The notes: generated by a model not told the origin, from the sequence alone. Counted from the whole stretch's first letter, positions 19,638 to 29,777 are shown. The stretch is DNA of 63,110 bases, filler included, from Licmophora abbreviata (GCA_900291995.1; 9 parts of 9 records of this genome joined end to end with filler, not necessarily neighbours in it), one strand, 5' to 3'. Program-made: numbers and translations.

Positions 19638-20631
19638 GGCCGCATTCACCGTCGCCTTCGCAGGCCCGCTGGTCACAGTGCAGGATGCGGGCAGACCCGG
19701 TCACATGCGGTTCGGCGTTCCTATGTCCGGGCCTATGGACCGGCTGGCGTTCGACGCAGCCAATGCCGCCCTTGGCAACGAAAGCGGGCAGACGGGGATC
19801 GAAATCTCGCTTGGCGGATTGATCCTCCAATGTACCCAAGGGCCGGTGACTGTGGCCATTGCTGGGGGCGATTTTACCGTCCAGCTCGGGCCTCAGAAGA
19901 CCCGCTCCTGGACGGTGTTGACGGTTCAAAAGGGCGAGCGTTTGTCGATCACCGCAGGCAAGGCCGGAAGCTGGGCCTATCTTGCCGTCGCGGGGCGGAT
20001 CATGGCGCCCGAGTGGTTGGGCCGACAGGCGACGCACTCGACATCCGGTTTCGGCGGCGGGGCCTTGCAAACCGGACAAACGATCACCCTGTCCGACGCC
20101 TCCCTGCGCGAGGATCGTCTGGGAGACATCCAGAAGCCGGACTTTCAGGCATCCGGGCCGATCCGTGTCGTCACCGGTCCGCAAGATCAGCATTTCGCGA
20201 AAGAGACGGTGGCGCGGTTTCTGTCGGACAGCTTCACCGTCTCCGACGCCTACGACCGGATGGGAATGCGCCTGAAAGGGCCAGAGCTTCCCCTGGCCGG
20301 GGCGCTTTCGATCCCGTCGGAACCCATCGTGCGCGGCTCGGTGCAGGTCTCTGGCGACGGCGTGCCGACGGTGCTGCTGGCCGACCATCAAACCACAGGC
20401 GGCTATCCCAAGATCGCCACCGTCATTTCGCCTGATATCGACCGGTTGGCACAGTATCGCGCAGGCCAAAGCCTGCGCTGTGTGGCCATAACCAGCGCGC
20501 AGGCCGTGGCAGAGGCCCGCAGCTATGACCTTTGCAAGGCGGCCTATCTGGCCGAGGTTTCGGTCGCACGCGGGACTTTCGCGCAGCGGTTAATGCGCGA
20601 AAACCTCAATCATGGCTGCGTTTTCGACTAA
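19630..20631 (+). CDS. pxpC: 5-oxoprolinase subunit C (KipA/AHS2-like)
   Basis: TVQDAGRPG, SGPMD, DRMGMRL and DHQTTGGYPKIA motifs. Confidence 0.9.
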   Translation: MSEAAFTVAFAGPLVTVQDAGRPGHMRFGVPMSGPMDRLAFDAANAALGNESGQTGIEISLGGLILQCTQGPVTVAIAGGDFTVQLGPQKTRSWTVLTVQKGERLSITAGKAGSWAYLAVAGRIMAPEWLGRQATHSTSGFGGGALQTGQTITLSDASLREDRLGDIQKPDFQASGPIRVVTGPQDQHFAKETVARFLSDSFTVSDAYDRMGMRLKGPELPLAGALSIPSEPIVRGSVQVSGDGVPTVLLADHQTTGGYPKIATVISPDIDRLAQYRAGQSLRCVAITSAQAVAEARSYDLCKAAYLAEVSVARGTFAQRLMRENLNHGCVFD

Positions 20632-20657
20632 CGCGATTCGCGAAACGCTTTGGCGCG

Positions 20658-21317
20658 TCAGGCAACAATCGGCAGCGTCTCGACCGTGTAGGACAGGCTT
20701 ATGGTCTTGCCACGGTGCGGGTCCGAAACCTCCATTCGATAGGACCGGGCAGGGCGCACCCCTCCGATTGCGGGGAAGGTGCCGCATAGCATGGCTGTCC
20801 CGTCGGCAAACCCGGCCCCGGCGCACAGCTCTTCCAGCGGGCGAATGCCAGCCAAGGTTCCCTCCTGATACAGAACCTCTTGCCCGTTCTCTTCGATCCA
20901 GCACCGCAAGCGGATCTCATCAAGATGGCCGGCAATGTCGTCAAACTCCCACAAACTGGATGCGACAGGTTTGGCACAAGCTTGCTTGGACGCGGCAACC
21001 GAATAAGCCTCCAGATCGCGATCCGTATGGTCGGATGCGAGGCCGAAATAGGTTTTGCCGCCCGCCCGGATCAACAAGGGCTCCACCTCACCCGAAGAGC
21101 CTTCGCCCAGAACCTCGATCCTGTCCGATTGGGTCAACAGCGCGGTTGAGACGCGATAATAAAGCGGCACCGAGCTGGGTGGCGCAATGCCAAGCTCGGA
21201 CAGCTCATCAATGTGGTGCTGCACCGCCGCGTGGTCTCGCCCCGTCCATCCCGCGACGACAGCCGAGGTTAGCGTCAGGGTGATGCTCGGGTTTTCGAAA
21301 TTGAAAACTATACCCAC
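20658..21317 (-). CDS. DUF2848-family protein
   Basis: AGWTGRD...HIDEL, SSGEVE, SDHTDR, SKQAC and YQEG motifs; GTG start after AAGGA. Confidence 0.82.
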   Translation of the reverse strand: MGIVFNFENPSITLTLTSAVVAGWTGRDHAAVQHHIDELSELGIAPPSSVPLYYRVSTALLTQSDRIEVLGEGSSGEVEPLLIRAGGKTYFGLASDHTDRDLEAYSVAASKQACAKPVASSLWEFDDIAGHLDEIRLRCWIEENGQEVLYQEGTLAGIRPLEELCAGAGFADGTAMLCGTFPAIGGVRPARSYRMEVSDPHRGKTISLSYTVETLPIVA

Positions 21318-21474
21318 GGTTTCAGATCCTTTCATGATCGTCGATGTGATTGGCGGTGCCGAAGGTAGACGGCGTGATGATCCATCGGACCGTAAATTTA
21401 CCGGTTGAGCAAGCCGCAGCAGCAGCGGCGGTTCACCGCATTCCTGCAAAAGTCCGGAAAAGCCCGGCTCTCAG

Positions 21475-21550
21475 GGCCTCGTCCCCCGTCTGAAATCCGC
21501 ACAAGCGGTGCCCCGGATCAGCGGCCCCGACAAGCGAAACCTATGGTCAC
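21475..21550. repeat. 76-bp imperfect direct repeat, copy 2
   Basis: Matches 13194-13269. Confidence 0.9.
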
Positions 21551-21571
21551 ACAGGGTCACGAAAAGGGCAT

Positions 21572-21658
21572 TTGTGTACGGGATGGACACAAATTCACAG
21601 GATGACCCCTCGGATCGTCCCAAACCCGTGTAGGTTTCGTACGAACCTTACGCAAATC
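21572..21658. repeat. Dispersed ~87-bp intergenic repeat (second copy at 58168-58253)
   Basis: Identical 25-mer TTGTGTACGGGATGGACACAAATTC plus a shared GGTTTCGTACG...CAAATC tail. Confidence 0.85.
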
Positions 21659-21664
21659 GCCTTC

Positions 21665-22108
21665 TCACCAGCGGCTCAGCGCATCCTCGTCCTCGTCGCG
21701 TGCCGCGACCCAGGCCGCCTCCTGCCCGGTGACTTCCTTTTTCCAGAACGGCGCCCGGGATTTCAGGAAATCCATAAGGAATTCAGCGCCTTGGAATGCA
21801 TCGATCCGATGCCGCGCCGAGGTGGCCACCATCATGATAAGATCATCCGGCCGCAGCCGCCCATAGCGATGCACGACCAGAATATCACCAAGATTCCAAC
21901 GGCTTAGCGCCTCTTGCCCGATCTTTTCGATCGCCGCTTCGGTCATTCCGGGGTAATGTTCGATCTCCATCACGTCCAGATCGCCCCCATCCAGATCCCG
22001 CACGATCCCGGTAAACGTCACCACAGCCCCCATCCCCTTTTGCCGTTCGGCAAAGGCGCGGGCCTCGTCCCCAAGATCGAAAGCGGCCTCCTGAACACGG
22101 ATGTCCAT
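21665..22108 (-). CDS. moaE: Molybdopterin synthase catalytic subunit
   Basis: GAVVTFTGIVR, EHYPGM, HRYG and LKSRAPFWKKE motifs. Confidence 0.95.
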   Translation of the reverse strand: MDIRVQEAAFDLGDEARAFAERQKGMGAVVTFTGIVRDLDGGDLDVMEIEHYPGMTEAAIEKIGQEALSRWNLGDILVVHRYGRLRPDDLIMMVATSARHRIDAFQGAEFLMDFLKSRAPFWKKEVTGQEAAWVAARDEDEDALSRW

Positions 22109-22113
22109 ATCGC

Positions 22114-22359
22114 CTAACCCCCTGTCATTGGTGGGAAAAACGCCACTTCCCGGACCCCGGCCAGGGAGGCGTCGAAATCCGAAAGCTCCTGATCCACCGC
22201 CACCCGCAGCGCGCTCAGATCCTCGAACGCGGCGGCATAGCGCTCTTCGCGGGCGCGCAATTCCTCGACCAGATCGCGCACCGTTGCGGCCTGCGTCTCG
22301 ATCCGGTCCTTCGGCCGCCCGATCCGTTCCCTGACCCATGCGAAATAGAGCACATCCAT
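22114..22359 (-). CDS. moaD: Molybdopterin synthase sulfur carrier subunit
   Basis: VLYFAWVRE...EVAFFPPMTGG with C-terminal GG. Confidence 0.95.
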   Translation of the reverse strand: MDVLYFAWVRERIGRPKDRIETQAATVRDLVEELRAREERYAAAFEDLSALRVAVDQELSDFDASLAGVREVAFFPPMTGG

Positions 22360-22363
22360 GATC

Positions 22364-22945
22364 TTAGTCCTTCAGGTAAGGCGTTGATTTTCTGAGGTAA
22401 TCATACCCTGTCACCAATGTCAGCGCAGCCGCGATCCACAACAGCCACAGCCCCGCATGGCCCAGCAACACCGCGCCCTGCGTGTCAGCCCCGAAATAAT
22501 GCTCGAACACACCCTGTGCAAACAACACCGCAATCGCCACCATCTGCGCCGTGGTCTTCCACTTGGCCAATTGCGTGACCTTGAGCGTCCCGGCCGTATC
22601 CCCCAGATATTCCCGCAGCCCGCTCACGAACACCTCTCGGAACAGGATGAAGGTCGCCGGCAACACCAGCCATGGCGACATGCTCGAATAGCCCACGATC
22701 ACCATCAGTGCGATCACCACCATCGCCTTGTCGGCGATGGGGTCCAGCATCGCTCCCAGCTTTGTCGTCTGTTTCCAAGCCCTTGCAAGATAACCGTCGA
22801 ACCAGTCCGTGATCGCGGCGCTGATGAACAGCGTCAGTGCGAACCAGTCCGCCCAGGGCCTATGGAAATACAGGAACATCAACGCCACGCCGGGGGCGGC
22901 CAGCAGCCTCAGTAGGGTCAGCAGATTGGGCAGGTTCCACGTCAT
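22364..22945 (-). CDS. pgsA: CDP-diacylglycerol--glycerol-3-phosphate 3-phosphatidyltransferase
   Basis: NLPNLLT, TDWFDGYLAR, GAMLDPIADK motifs; follows uvrC. Confidence 0.95.
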   Translation of the reverse strand: MTWNLPNLLTLLRLLAAPGVALMFLYFHRPWADWFALTLFISAAITDWFDGYLARAWKQTTKLGAMLDPIADKAMVVIALMVIVGYSSMSPWLVLPATFILFREVFVSGLREYLGDTAGTLKVTQLAKWKTTAQMVAIAVLFAQGVFEHYFGADTQGAVLLGHAGLWLLWIAAALTLVTGYDYLRKSTPYLKD

Positions 22946-22992
22946 GCGTGAGGTTCTACCCGCAACGCGACCAAAGGGAAAGCGCCACTGGT

Positions 22993-24861
22993 TCAGCCTT
23001 TTTCATGGAAGAAATCATAGACTTTCTGGGCCAGCCCCTCGGAGACGCCCTCCACGGCCTTGAGGTCCGACAGATTGGCGCGACTCACCGCCTTGGCGCT
23101 GCCGAAATGCGCGAGCAAAGCGCGTTTGCGTGCAGCCCCCACACCGGGAATGTCGTCTAGCGGGGTGGCGCCCACGGCCTTTGCCCGCTTGGCCCGGTGG
23201 GTGCCGATGGCAAAGCGATGCGCCTCGTCGCGCATCCGCTGGACGAAATACAACACCGGGTCATTGCGCTGCAACGCCATGGGCCGTTTACCGGTGCGGT
23301 GGAATTCTTCCTTGCCGTGATCGCGGTCCACCCCCTTGGCCACACCGACCATCGGGATGTCCTCGACTCCCAGCTCGCGCATGATCTGCGCCACGGCACT
23401 GACTTGTCCCGCACCCCCATCAATCAGCAGCAGATCGGGCCAATGGCCCTGATCGCGCTCGGGGTCTTCCTTGAGCAGGCGTTTGAACCGCCGCGTCAGC
23501 ACCTCTTTCATCATCCCGAAATCGTCCCCCGGCGTCAGCTCATCACCCCGGATGTTGAACTTGCGATAGCTGTTCTTCATGAAGCCGTCCGGCCCCGCCA
23601 CGATCATCGCGCCTACCGCGTTGGTGCCCTGAATATGCGAGTTGTCATAGACTTCGACCCGTTTCGGCGGCGCCGGCAGGTCGAACGCCTCGGCCAGCCC
23701 CTTGAGCAGCTTGGCCTGTGTCGCCGTCTCGGCCATCTTGCGGGCAAGGCTTTCGCGGGCATTGCGCAGGGCGGCATCCACCAGCTCGGCCTTTTCACCG
23801 CGCTGCGGGACCAGAAGCTCGACCTTGCGGCCCAGTTTGCCGCTCAGCGCCTCGGTCATCAGATCGGCATTTTCGATCGGGTGCGACAGGATCAATTGCC
23901 GCGCGGGGTCCTTGGTGTCGTAGAACTGGCCGATGAATGCCTCCAGCACCTCGGCCTCTTCCACATCGGCCCCGACGCGCGGATAGAAATCACGGTTGCC
24001 CCAGTTCTGCCCGGCCCGGATGAAGAACACCTGCACGCAGGCCTGTCCCTTTTCCAGATGCAGCGCCAGAATATCCGCCTCGGTCACGGTACGCGGGTTG
24101 ATGCCCTGTGCGGTCTGCACCTGTGTCAGTGCCTTGATCCGGTCGCGCAGGGCGGCGGCGCGTTCGTATTCCATCGCCTCGGCAGCTTCGGCCATCTCGG
24201 CCTTCAGCTTCGTCTGGATCTCGGTGGAGCGGCCCGAGAGGTAGCGTTCGGCATCCTTCACCGCTGCCGCATAATCGGCCTTGTCGATATAGCCGACACA
24301 GGGCGCGGTGCAGCGTTTGATCTGGTATTGCAGGCAGGGACGGGTGCGGCTTTCGAATTGCGTGTCGGTGCAATTGCGCAGCTGAAACACCCGCTGCAAT
24401 TGCGACAGGGTCCGGTTCACCGCGCCGGCACTGGCGAAGGGGCCGTAGTAATGGCCTTTCTCCTTCTTGGCGCCACGGTGTTTCTTGATCATCGGAAAAT
24501 CATGCCCGGTCACAAGGATGTTCGGAAAGCTTTTGTCGTCGCGCAAGAGCACGTTGTAACGCGGCTTGAGCTGCTTGATGAGGTTCTGTTCCAGAAGCAG
24601 GGCTTCGGTCTCGGTGGATGTCGTGAGGAACATCATCGACGCCGTCTCGCGGATCATCCTGTCGATGCGCGCGGTATGGCCTGACGGGCGCGCATAGTTC
24701 GACACCCTTGCCCGCAGATTGCGCGCCTTGCCGACATACAGCACCCGCGCCTGCGCATCGAGCATGCGGTAGACCCCCGGAGACGAGTCCAGTGTCTTGA
24801 GATAAGACTGGATCACCTCGTGGCCGGTCGGAGGGGAAATGTCAGATGTCTGCTCGGGCAT
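22993..24861 (-). CDS. uvrC: Excinuclease ABC subunit C
   Basis: GIY-YIG (PGVYRM...LYVGKA), [23 protein letters not shown] and HhH motifs. Confidence 0.98.
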   Translation of the reverse strand: MPEQTSDISPPTGHEVIQSYLKTLDSSPGVYRMLDAQARVLYVGKARNLRARVSNYARPSGHTARIDRMIRETASMMFLTTSTETEALLLEQNLIKQLKPRYNVLLRDDKSFPNILVTGHDFPMIKKHRGAKKEKGHYYGPFASAGAVNRTLSQLQRVFQLRNCTDTQFESRTRPCLQYQIKRCTAPCVGYIDKADYAAAVKDAERYLSGRSTEIQTKLKAEMAEAAEAMEYERAAALRDRIKALTQVQTAQGINPRTVTEADILALHLEKGQACVQVFFIRAGQNWGNRDFYPRVGADVEEAEVLEAFIGQFYDTKDPARQLILSHPIENADLMTEALSGKLGRKVELLVPQRGEKAELVDAALRNARESLARKMAETATQAKLLKGLAEAFDLPAPPKRVEVYDNSHIQGTNAVGAMIVAGPDGFMKNSYRKFNIRGDELTPGDDFGMMKEVLTRRFKRLLKEDPERDQGHWPDLLLIDGGAGQVSAVAQIMRELGVEDIPMVGVAKGVDRDHGKEEFHRTGKRPMALQRNDPVLYFVQRMRDEAHRFAIGTHRAKRAKAVGATPLDDIPGVGAARKRALLAHFGSAKAVSRANLSDLKAVEGVSEGLAQKVYDFFHEKG

Positions 24862-24874
24862 GAGGCTCAGGTAT

Positions 24875-25110
24875 GATTCTCTGGTGTGGCTGCAATCTTA
24901 TCGCGCTGTGGACAAGAGGAAAGCTGTCCACCAAACCTGTGGATAACCATGGGGGCAAGTTTGCGCGAAGGGAAAATTTTCTTTGTTCTGACATGCCTTC
25001 GTTGGCTTGCACAAAAAATAGGCAGTTTTTCAACGTATTGAAATCATTGCACAAAAACTTTGGTCTGTGACAAAATATTGAAAACATTAAAAATTTTGTA
25101 ACAGGTTTCT
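24875..25110. promoter_or_regulatory. AT-rich region with DnaA boxes and CtrA/IHF-like sites (candidate oriC or DnaA-regulated promoter)
   Basis: TGTGGATAA 24938-24946 (perfect DnaA box), TGTGGACAA 24907-24915, TTAA-N7-GTAAC 25087-25102, TTTCAACGTATTG, GANTC at 24875. Confidence 0.55.
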
Positions 25111-25150
25111 GACGGTCATCTTTGACGTGCACAACTTTGGCCCGAATATG

Positions 25151-25930
25151 TCACTCGACGCCCAGGACATCCGGTGTCTGCCATCCCAGATGCTGCCCGC
25201 CATCGACGCACAGCAATTGTCCCGTAACTGCCGGTGCATCAAGGAAATATGCCAGCGCGGCGGTGATGTCGGAAGGGTTGGCGCCGCGTCCCAGAACGGT
25301 GGACTGGCGCTGTCTCTGGAAATGCATTTCGGTCTGCCGATGCCCCTGCAGGGTCGGACCGGGACCGATGGCATTGACCCGGATATGGGGGGCGAGCGCC
25401 TGTGCCGCCGTCTGGGTAAAGGCCCAGAGCCCCATCTTGGCCAGCGTATAGGTCATGAACTCGGGCGTCAGCTTGCGCACCCGCTGGTCGATCATGTTGA
25501 TGACCAGCCCGCGCGCCACCGGCTCGCCCATGTCGCACTGGTCCGCTGCGGGCACTTGGGCCGCCATCGCCTGCGTGAGCACGAAGGGCGCGCGCAGATT
25601 GCTTTCCATATGCCGATCCCAGCTTTCGCGGGTGGCGCTCTGGATAGTGTCATACTCGAAAATCGACGCGTTGTTGATCAGGCAGGTGATCGGCGCCCCC
25701 AGCATCCCGGCGGCTTCCGGCAAAAGGCGCTGTATCTGCGCCTCGTCCAGCAGATCGGCCTGCACGGTCACGGCGTTTTGCCCCAGTCCCCGGATCTCGG
25801 CGGCGACGGCCTCGGCCTCATCGCGGCTCGAGGCGTAATGCACCGCCACGTCATGCCCGCGCCGCGCCAGTTCCAGCGCCATCGCGCGTCCCAGCCGTTT
25901 GCCGGCCCCTGTCACCAATGCTGTCGTCAT
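25151..25930 (-). CDS. SDR-family oxidoreductase (pteridine reductase-like)
   Basis: TGAGKRLG, NNAS, YTLAK and VNAIGPG motifs. Confidence 0.9.
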   Translation of the reverse strand: MTTALVTGAGKRLGRAMALELARRGHDVAVHYASSRDEAEAVAAEIRGLGQNAVTVQADLLDEAQIQRLLPEAAGMLGAPITCLINNASIFEYDTIQSATRESWDRHMESNLRAPFVLTQAMAAQVPAADQCDMGEPVARGLVINMIDQRVRKLTPEFMTYTLAKMGLWAFTQTAAQALAPHIRVNAIGPGPTLQGHRQTEMHFQRQRQSTVLGRGANPSDITAALAYFLDAPAVTGQLLCVDGGQHLGWQTPDVLGVE

Positions 25931-25946
25931 GCCGCGCCGCCTTTCT

Positions 25947-26912
25947 TCATGAGAGCACGATCACGACATAGGCCACATAAAGCCCCGTCAAGATCACACC
26001 CCACACGCGGCCGATATCCTGCTTGAAAAAGACGAACGGAATGATCAGCAGCGACGCCGCCAGCATCACCCAAAGATCGAACCGCAGGAACTCGGGATCG
26101 ACCGGGATCGGCCCGATCACCGCCGTGATCCCGATGATCGCCAGCAGATTGAACATGTTCGACCCGATCACGTTCCCAAGCGCGACATCCGCCTGCTTGC
26201 GCAGCGCGGCCATGACCGTGGTGGCCAGTTCGGGCAGCGACGTGCCAAGTGCCACCAGCGTAAGGCCGATGACCGTGTCACTGACCCCGTATTGCCGCGC
26301 GATGATCGAGGCATTGTCCACCAGCAGATCGGCGCCAAGCGGCAGGCCCACAAGCCCCAACACCAGAAAGACGCTGATCTGCCACCAGGGCATGTCCGGG
26401 TCCGCACCCTCCACGTCCTCGATTCCGTCGGCCTCCGACAGGGCAAGGGCGGCATTGGCGCTGCGATGGCGACCGGATTCCAGAAAGGCATCGGTCAGCA
26501 CAAAGGCCAACGCCGCCAGCAGGATCAGCCCCGAGACCAGCGTGAATTCCCCAAGAAACGCCAGCCCGATGAACAGGACCGACGCCACCAGCATGAACAC
26601 ATAGGTCTTGCGCGTATCACACTCGCTTGTGTGCAGAACCGACAGGATCGCGGGCACCCCCAGAACCATCAGGATATTGGCCGTGTTTGAGCCCACCACA
26701 TTGCCAAGCGCCAGCCCCGGCTTGTCGTCCAGCACCGCGTTCACCGAAATCAGCAACTCCGGCGCCGAGGTGCCGAACGCCACGATGGTCAGGCTGACGA
26801 TCAGGGCAGGGATCCCCACCCGCAGGCTCAGGTTGACCGCACCCTTGACCAGCGAGTCACCGGCCAGAAGCAGGATCACCAGCCCCAAAACCGACAGTAA
26901 CCAAGGCATCAT
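25947..26912 (-). CDS. Calcium/sodium antiporter (YrbG-like)
   Basis: Duplicated alpha repeats GTSAPEL...GNVVGSN and GTSLPEL...GNVIGSN. Confidence 0.92.
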   Translation of the reverse strand: MMPWLLSVLGLVILLLAGDSLVKGAVNLSLRVGIPALIVSLTIVAFGTSAPELLISVNAVLDDKPGLALGNVVGSNTANILMVLGVPAILSVLHTSECDTRKTYVFMLVASVLFIGLAFLGEFTLVSGLILLAALAFVLTDAFLESGRHRSANAALALSEADGIEDVEGADPDMPWWQISVFLVLGLVGLPLGADLLVDNASIIARQYGVSDTVIGLTLVALGTSLPELATTVMAALRKQADVALGNVIGSNMFNLLAIIGITAVIGPIPVDPEFLRFDLWVMLAASLLIIPFVFFKQDIGRVWGVILTGLYVAYVVIVLS

Positions 26913-27079
26913 TTGCTTTTGCCTTTCGTACAGGGACAGGGGCCCTTGCCGATGCGGAACCGCCCGCATTTCTGGCATTTGGCCGAAGCCAGCTTTTGCT
27001 GACCCGGAAAGCGCAGCTTCCCGAACATCGCCAGAACACCCATGGCGACCAGGAACAATATGACGATCTTGACGATCAC
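26909..27079 (-). CDS. Small 56-aa membrane protein with a CxxC...CxC motif (not in the ORF track)
   Basis: GTG start 1 nt after the S49 stop; MIVKIVILFLVAMGVLAMFGKLRFPGQQKLASAKCQKCGRFRIGKGPCPCTKGKSK; stop overlaps the antiporter ATG (ATGA). Confidence 0.75.
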   Translation of the reverse strand: MIVKIVILFLVAMGVLAMFGKLRFPGQQKLASAKCQKCGRFRIGKGPCPCTKGKSK

Positions 27080-27080
27080 G

Positions 27081-27878
27081 TCAGAGGCCGAAACGCGCGT
27101 AGGACGCCCGCTCCTCGATGGCGGCGATGCCGTCCTGTGCGACGCTCATGCCGAACCGCTGGAACAGGCCGCGTTTGCGCCCGTATTGCGCAAAGCGCAC
27201 CTTGTCGCCGTAAAGCTCTTTCATCTTGGGGGCCACATGCCCGATCCCGTCCACAAGGCCCAACTCCATCGCGCGTTGGCCCAGCCAGAACTCGCCGGTG
27301 AACAGATCGTCATTCTGCGCAAGCTTATCACCCCGTCGCGCGGTGACTTGCGTCTCGAACACCTTGTGCATCTGCTCGAGAATATCCTTGAGACGGCTCA
27401 CATCCTCGTCTTTCTGCGGCAGGAACGGATCAAGGAAGCTTTTCGATTTGCCCGATGTGTGCACCCGGCGTTCCACGCCCTGCCGTGCCAGCAGGACCGG
27501 CGCGCCGAACCCGGCCGAGATGACACCGATCGATCCCACGATTGAGGCCGGATCGACCCAGATGTGATCCGCCGCCGTCGCCAGCCAATAGCCGCCCGAA
27601 GCCGCCACATCCTCGACGAAGGCATGCACGGGGATCTCTTTTTCCTCGGCGAGCCTCCGGATGCGCGACGCGATCAGCGAGGATTGCACCGGCGATCCGC
27701 CGGGCGAATTGATCAACAGCGCCACCGCCTTGGGCTTGCCGCGCCGGAACGCCTTTTCGATCGACGGGGCCAAGGCCTCGTCGCTCAACTGTGCTCGGCT
27801 GCCGGCGCCGATCGTGCCGCTCAGCCGGATCACCGAGACCACCGGCCCGCGGTTCAGGAAGGGGATACGCTCTTTCAT
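27081..27878 (-). CDS. S49-family peptidase (SppA/SohB-like)
   Basis: INSPGGSP, AASGGYW, GSIGVI and GLVDGIG motifs. Confidence 0.92.
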   Translation of the reverse strand: MKERIPFLNRGPVVSVIRLSGTIGAGSRAQLSDEALAPSIEKAFRRGKPKAVALLINSPGGSPVQSSLIASRIRRLAEEKEIPVHAFVEDVAASGGYWLATAADHIWVDPASIVGSIGVISAGFGAPVLLARQGVERRVHTSGKSKSFLDPFLPQKDEDVSRLKDILEQMHKVFETQVTARRGDKLAQNDDLFTGEFWLGQRAMELGLVDGIGHVAPKMKELYGDKVRFAQYGRKRGLFQRFGMSVAQDGIAAIEERASYARFGL

Positions 27879-27986
27879 GATGACGGATGTAGATTGCCCT
27901 CCTTGCACAAACAAGGCGACCGGACCGGCCATTTGGCGCGCTGACACAAAAACTGCGCCTTATCGGGCAAATAAGTCACGCCTCGC

Positions 27987-28748
27987 TCAGGATTTTATCC
28001 TGTAGCCGGTCTTGAAGATCAGCCAGACGATCAGCAGGCAAATCCCGGTAAACGCCGCAATCGCCAGCAGGCTCAGCCCTACAGGCACATCCGCCTGCCC
28101 GAAGAACGACCAGCGGAACCCCGAGATCAGGTAGACCACCGGATTGAAGTAGCTCACCGTTTGCCATGCCTCGGGCAGCATCGAGATCGAATAGAACGAT
28201 CCGCCCAAAAACACCAAGGGCGTGATGACCAGCAGCGGAATGATCTGCAATTGCTGAAAGTTTTCGGCCCAGATTCCGATGATGAACCCGAAGAGCGAGA
28301 AGGACAGGCAGGTGAGCACCAGAAAGCCCAGCATCGCGGCGGGGTGCAGCACGTCGATTTCCACGAAGAACCCCGATGTAATCAGGATCACCACCCCGAT
28401 CAGCAGCGATTTGGTCGCCGCCGCCCCGACATATCCCAGCACGATCTCCAGAAAATTCACCGGCGCCGACAAAAGCTCATAGATCGTGCCGATGAACTTG
28501 GGAAAGTAGATCCCGAAACTGGCATTGCTGATCGCCTGCGTCATCACCGTCAGCATGATCAGCCCCGGCACGATGAACGCGCCATAACTCACCCCTTCGA
28601 CCTGATCGATGCGGCTGCCGATGGCCGATCCGAACACCACGAAATAAAGCGTGGTCGAAATCACCGGCGACAGCAGGCTTTCCATCAGCGTGCGCATGAA
28701 GCGTTTCATCTCATAGACATAGATCGCTCGGATTGCGCGCAGGTTCAT
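27987..28748 (-). CDS. ABC-2 transporter permease (YadH-like)
   Basis: [22 protein letters not shown] and [11 protein letters not shown] motifs. Confidence 0.9.
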   Translation of the reverse strand: MNLRAIRAIYVYEMKRFMRTLMESLLSPVISTTLYFVVFGSAIGSRIDQVEGVSYGAFIVPGLIMLTVMTQAISNASFGIYFPKFIGTIYELLSAPVNFLEIVLGYVGAAATKSLLIGVVILITSGFFVEIDVLHPAAMLGFLVLTCLSFSLFGFIIGIWAENFQQLQIIPLLVITPLVFLGGSFYSISMLPEAWQTVSYFNPVVYLISGFRWSFFGQADVPVGLSLLAIAAFTGICLLIVWLIFKTGYRIKS

Positions 28749-29666
28749 GCCACGTCCTCCTTGACCAGCCCGACGAAGATCTCTTCGAGGCTCGATTGCG
28801 AGGTGTGCACGTCACGCAGCGTCAGCCCCTCGGCGGCCAGCGCCTGCAACAGCCGGGTGATCCCGGTGCCGTCCTGCCCGCGTGTGTCATAGTGATAACT
28901 CAGCGCGCAGCCCTCGGGCGAGAGTTCCAGATCATAACCCGCCAACCCTTCTGGCACGGCCTCTATCGGCGCCGACAGGTCGATGCGCAGGGTCTTGCGG
29001 CCCATGCGCCGCATCAGATCGATCTTGTCCTCGACCAGCAATATCTCGCCTCGGTTGATGACGGCGACTCGGTCGGCGATGGCCTCGGCCTCTTCAATGT
29101 AATGGGTGGTCAGGATGATCGTGACCCCTTCCNNNNNNNNNNNNNNNNNNNNNNNNNNNNNNNNNNNNNNNNNNNNTTAATTAATTAANNNNNNNNNNNN
29201 NNNNNNNNNNNNNNNNNNNNNNNNNNNNNNNNATCAGCACCCGCCGCTTCATGCCGCCCGACAATTCGCGCGTGCGACTGTTGCGCTTGTCCCACAACGA
29301 GAGCTGCCGCAACAGCTTTTCGATCAGCGCCTCGTCGCGCGGCTTGCCGAAAAGCCCGCGTGAAAACCGCACCGTGTTGATGACTTTCTCGAACGGCTCG
29401 AGCGCCACCTCCTGCGGCACCAGCCCGATCATCGCGCGGGCCTTGCGATACTCGGTCACGATGTCATGCCCGCCGACGCGCGCGGTCCCGCCTGTCGGCG
29501 TGGTGATGCCGCAAAGCGCCGAAATCAGCGTAGTCTTGCCCGCGCCATTGGGGCCAAGCAGGGCAAGGATCTCGCCCTCTTCGATCCCGAGCGACACGCC
29601 CCTGAGCGCCTCGAACCCGCCGTCATACGTTTTCTGCAGGCCTTCGACCTCGACTATGGATGCCAT
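28745..29666 (-). CDS. ABC transporter ATP-binding protein (YadG-like), spans a gap
   Basis: GPNGAGKTT and LSGGMKRR before the gap; [10 protein letters not shown] after it. Confidence 0.9.
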
Positions 29667-29777
29667 GGCGCACCTCCGTTTCCTGACCCGAAGCTAGGCG
29701 TTTCATGGCCGAGTGCAATCCGCCGGAGGCGCAGGCTTTTGTGTGCGCCACTGCAGAATGGTAAAACTCCTGTCGAA

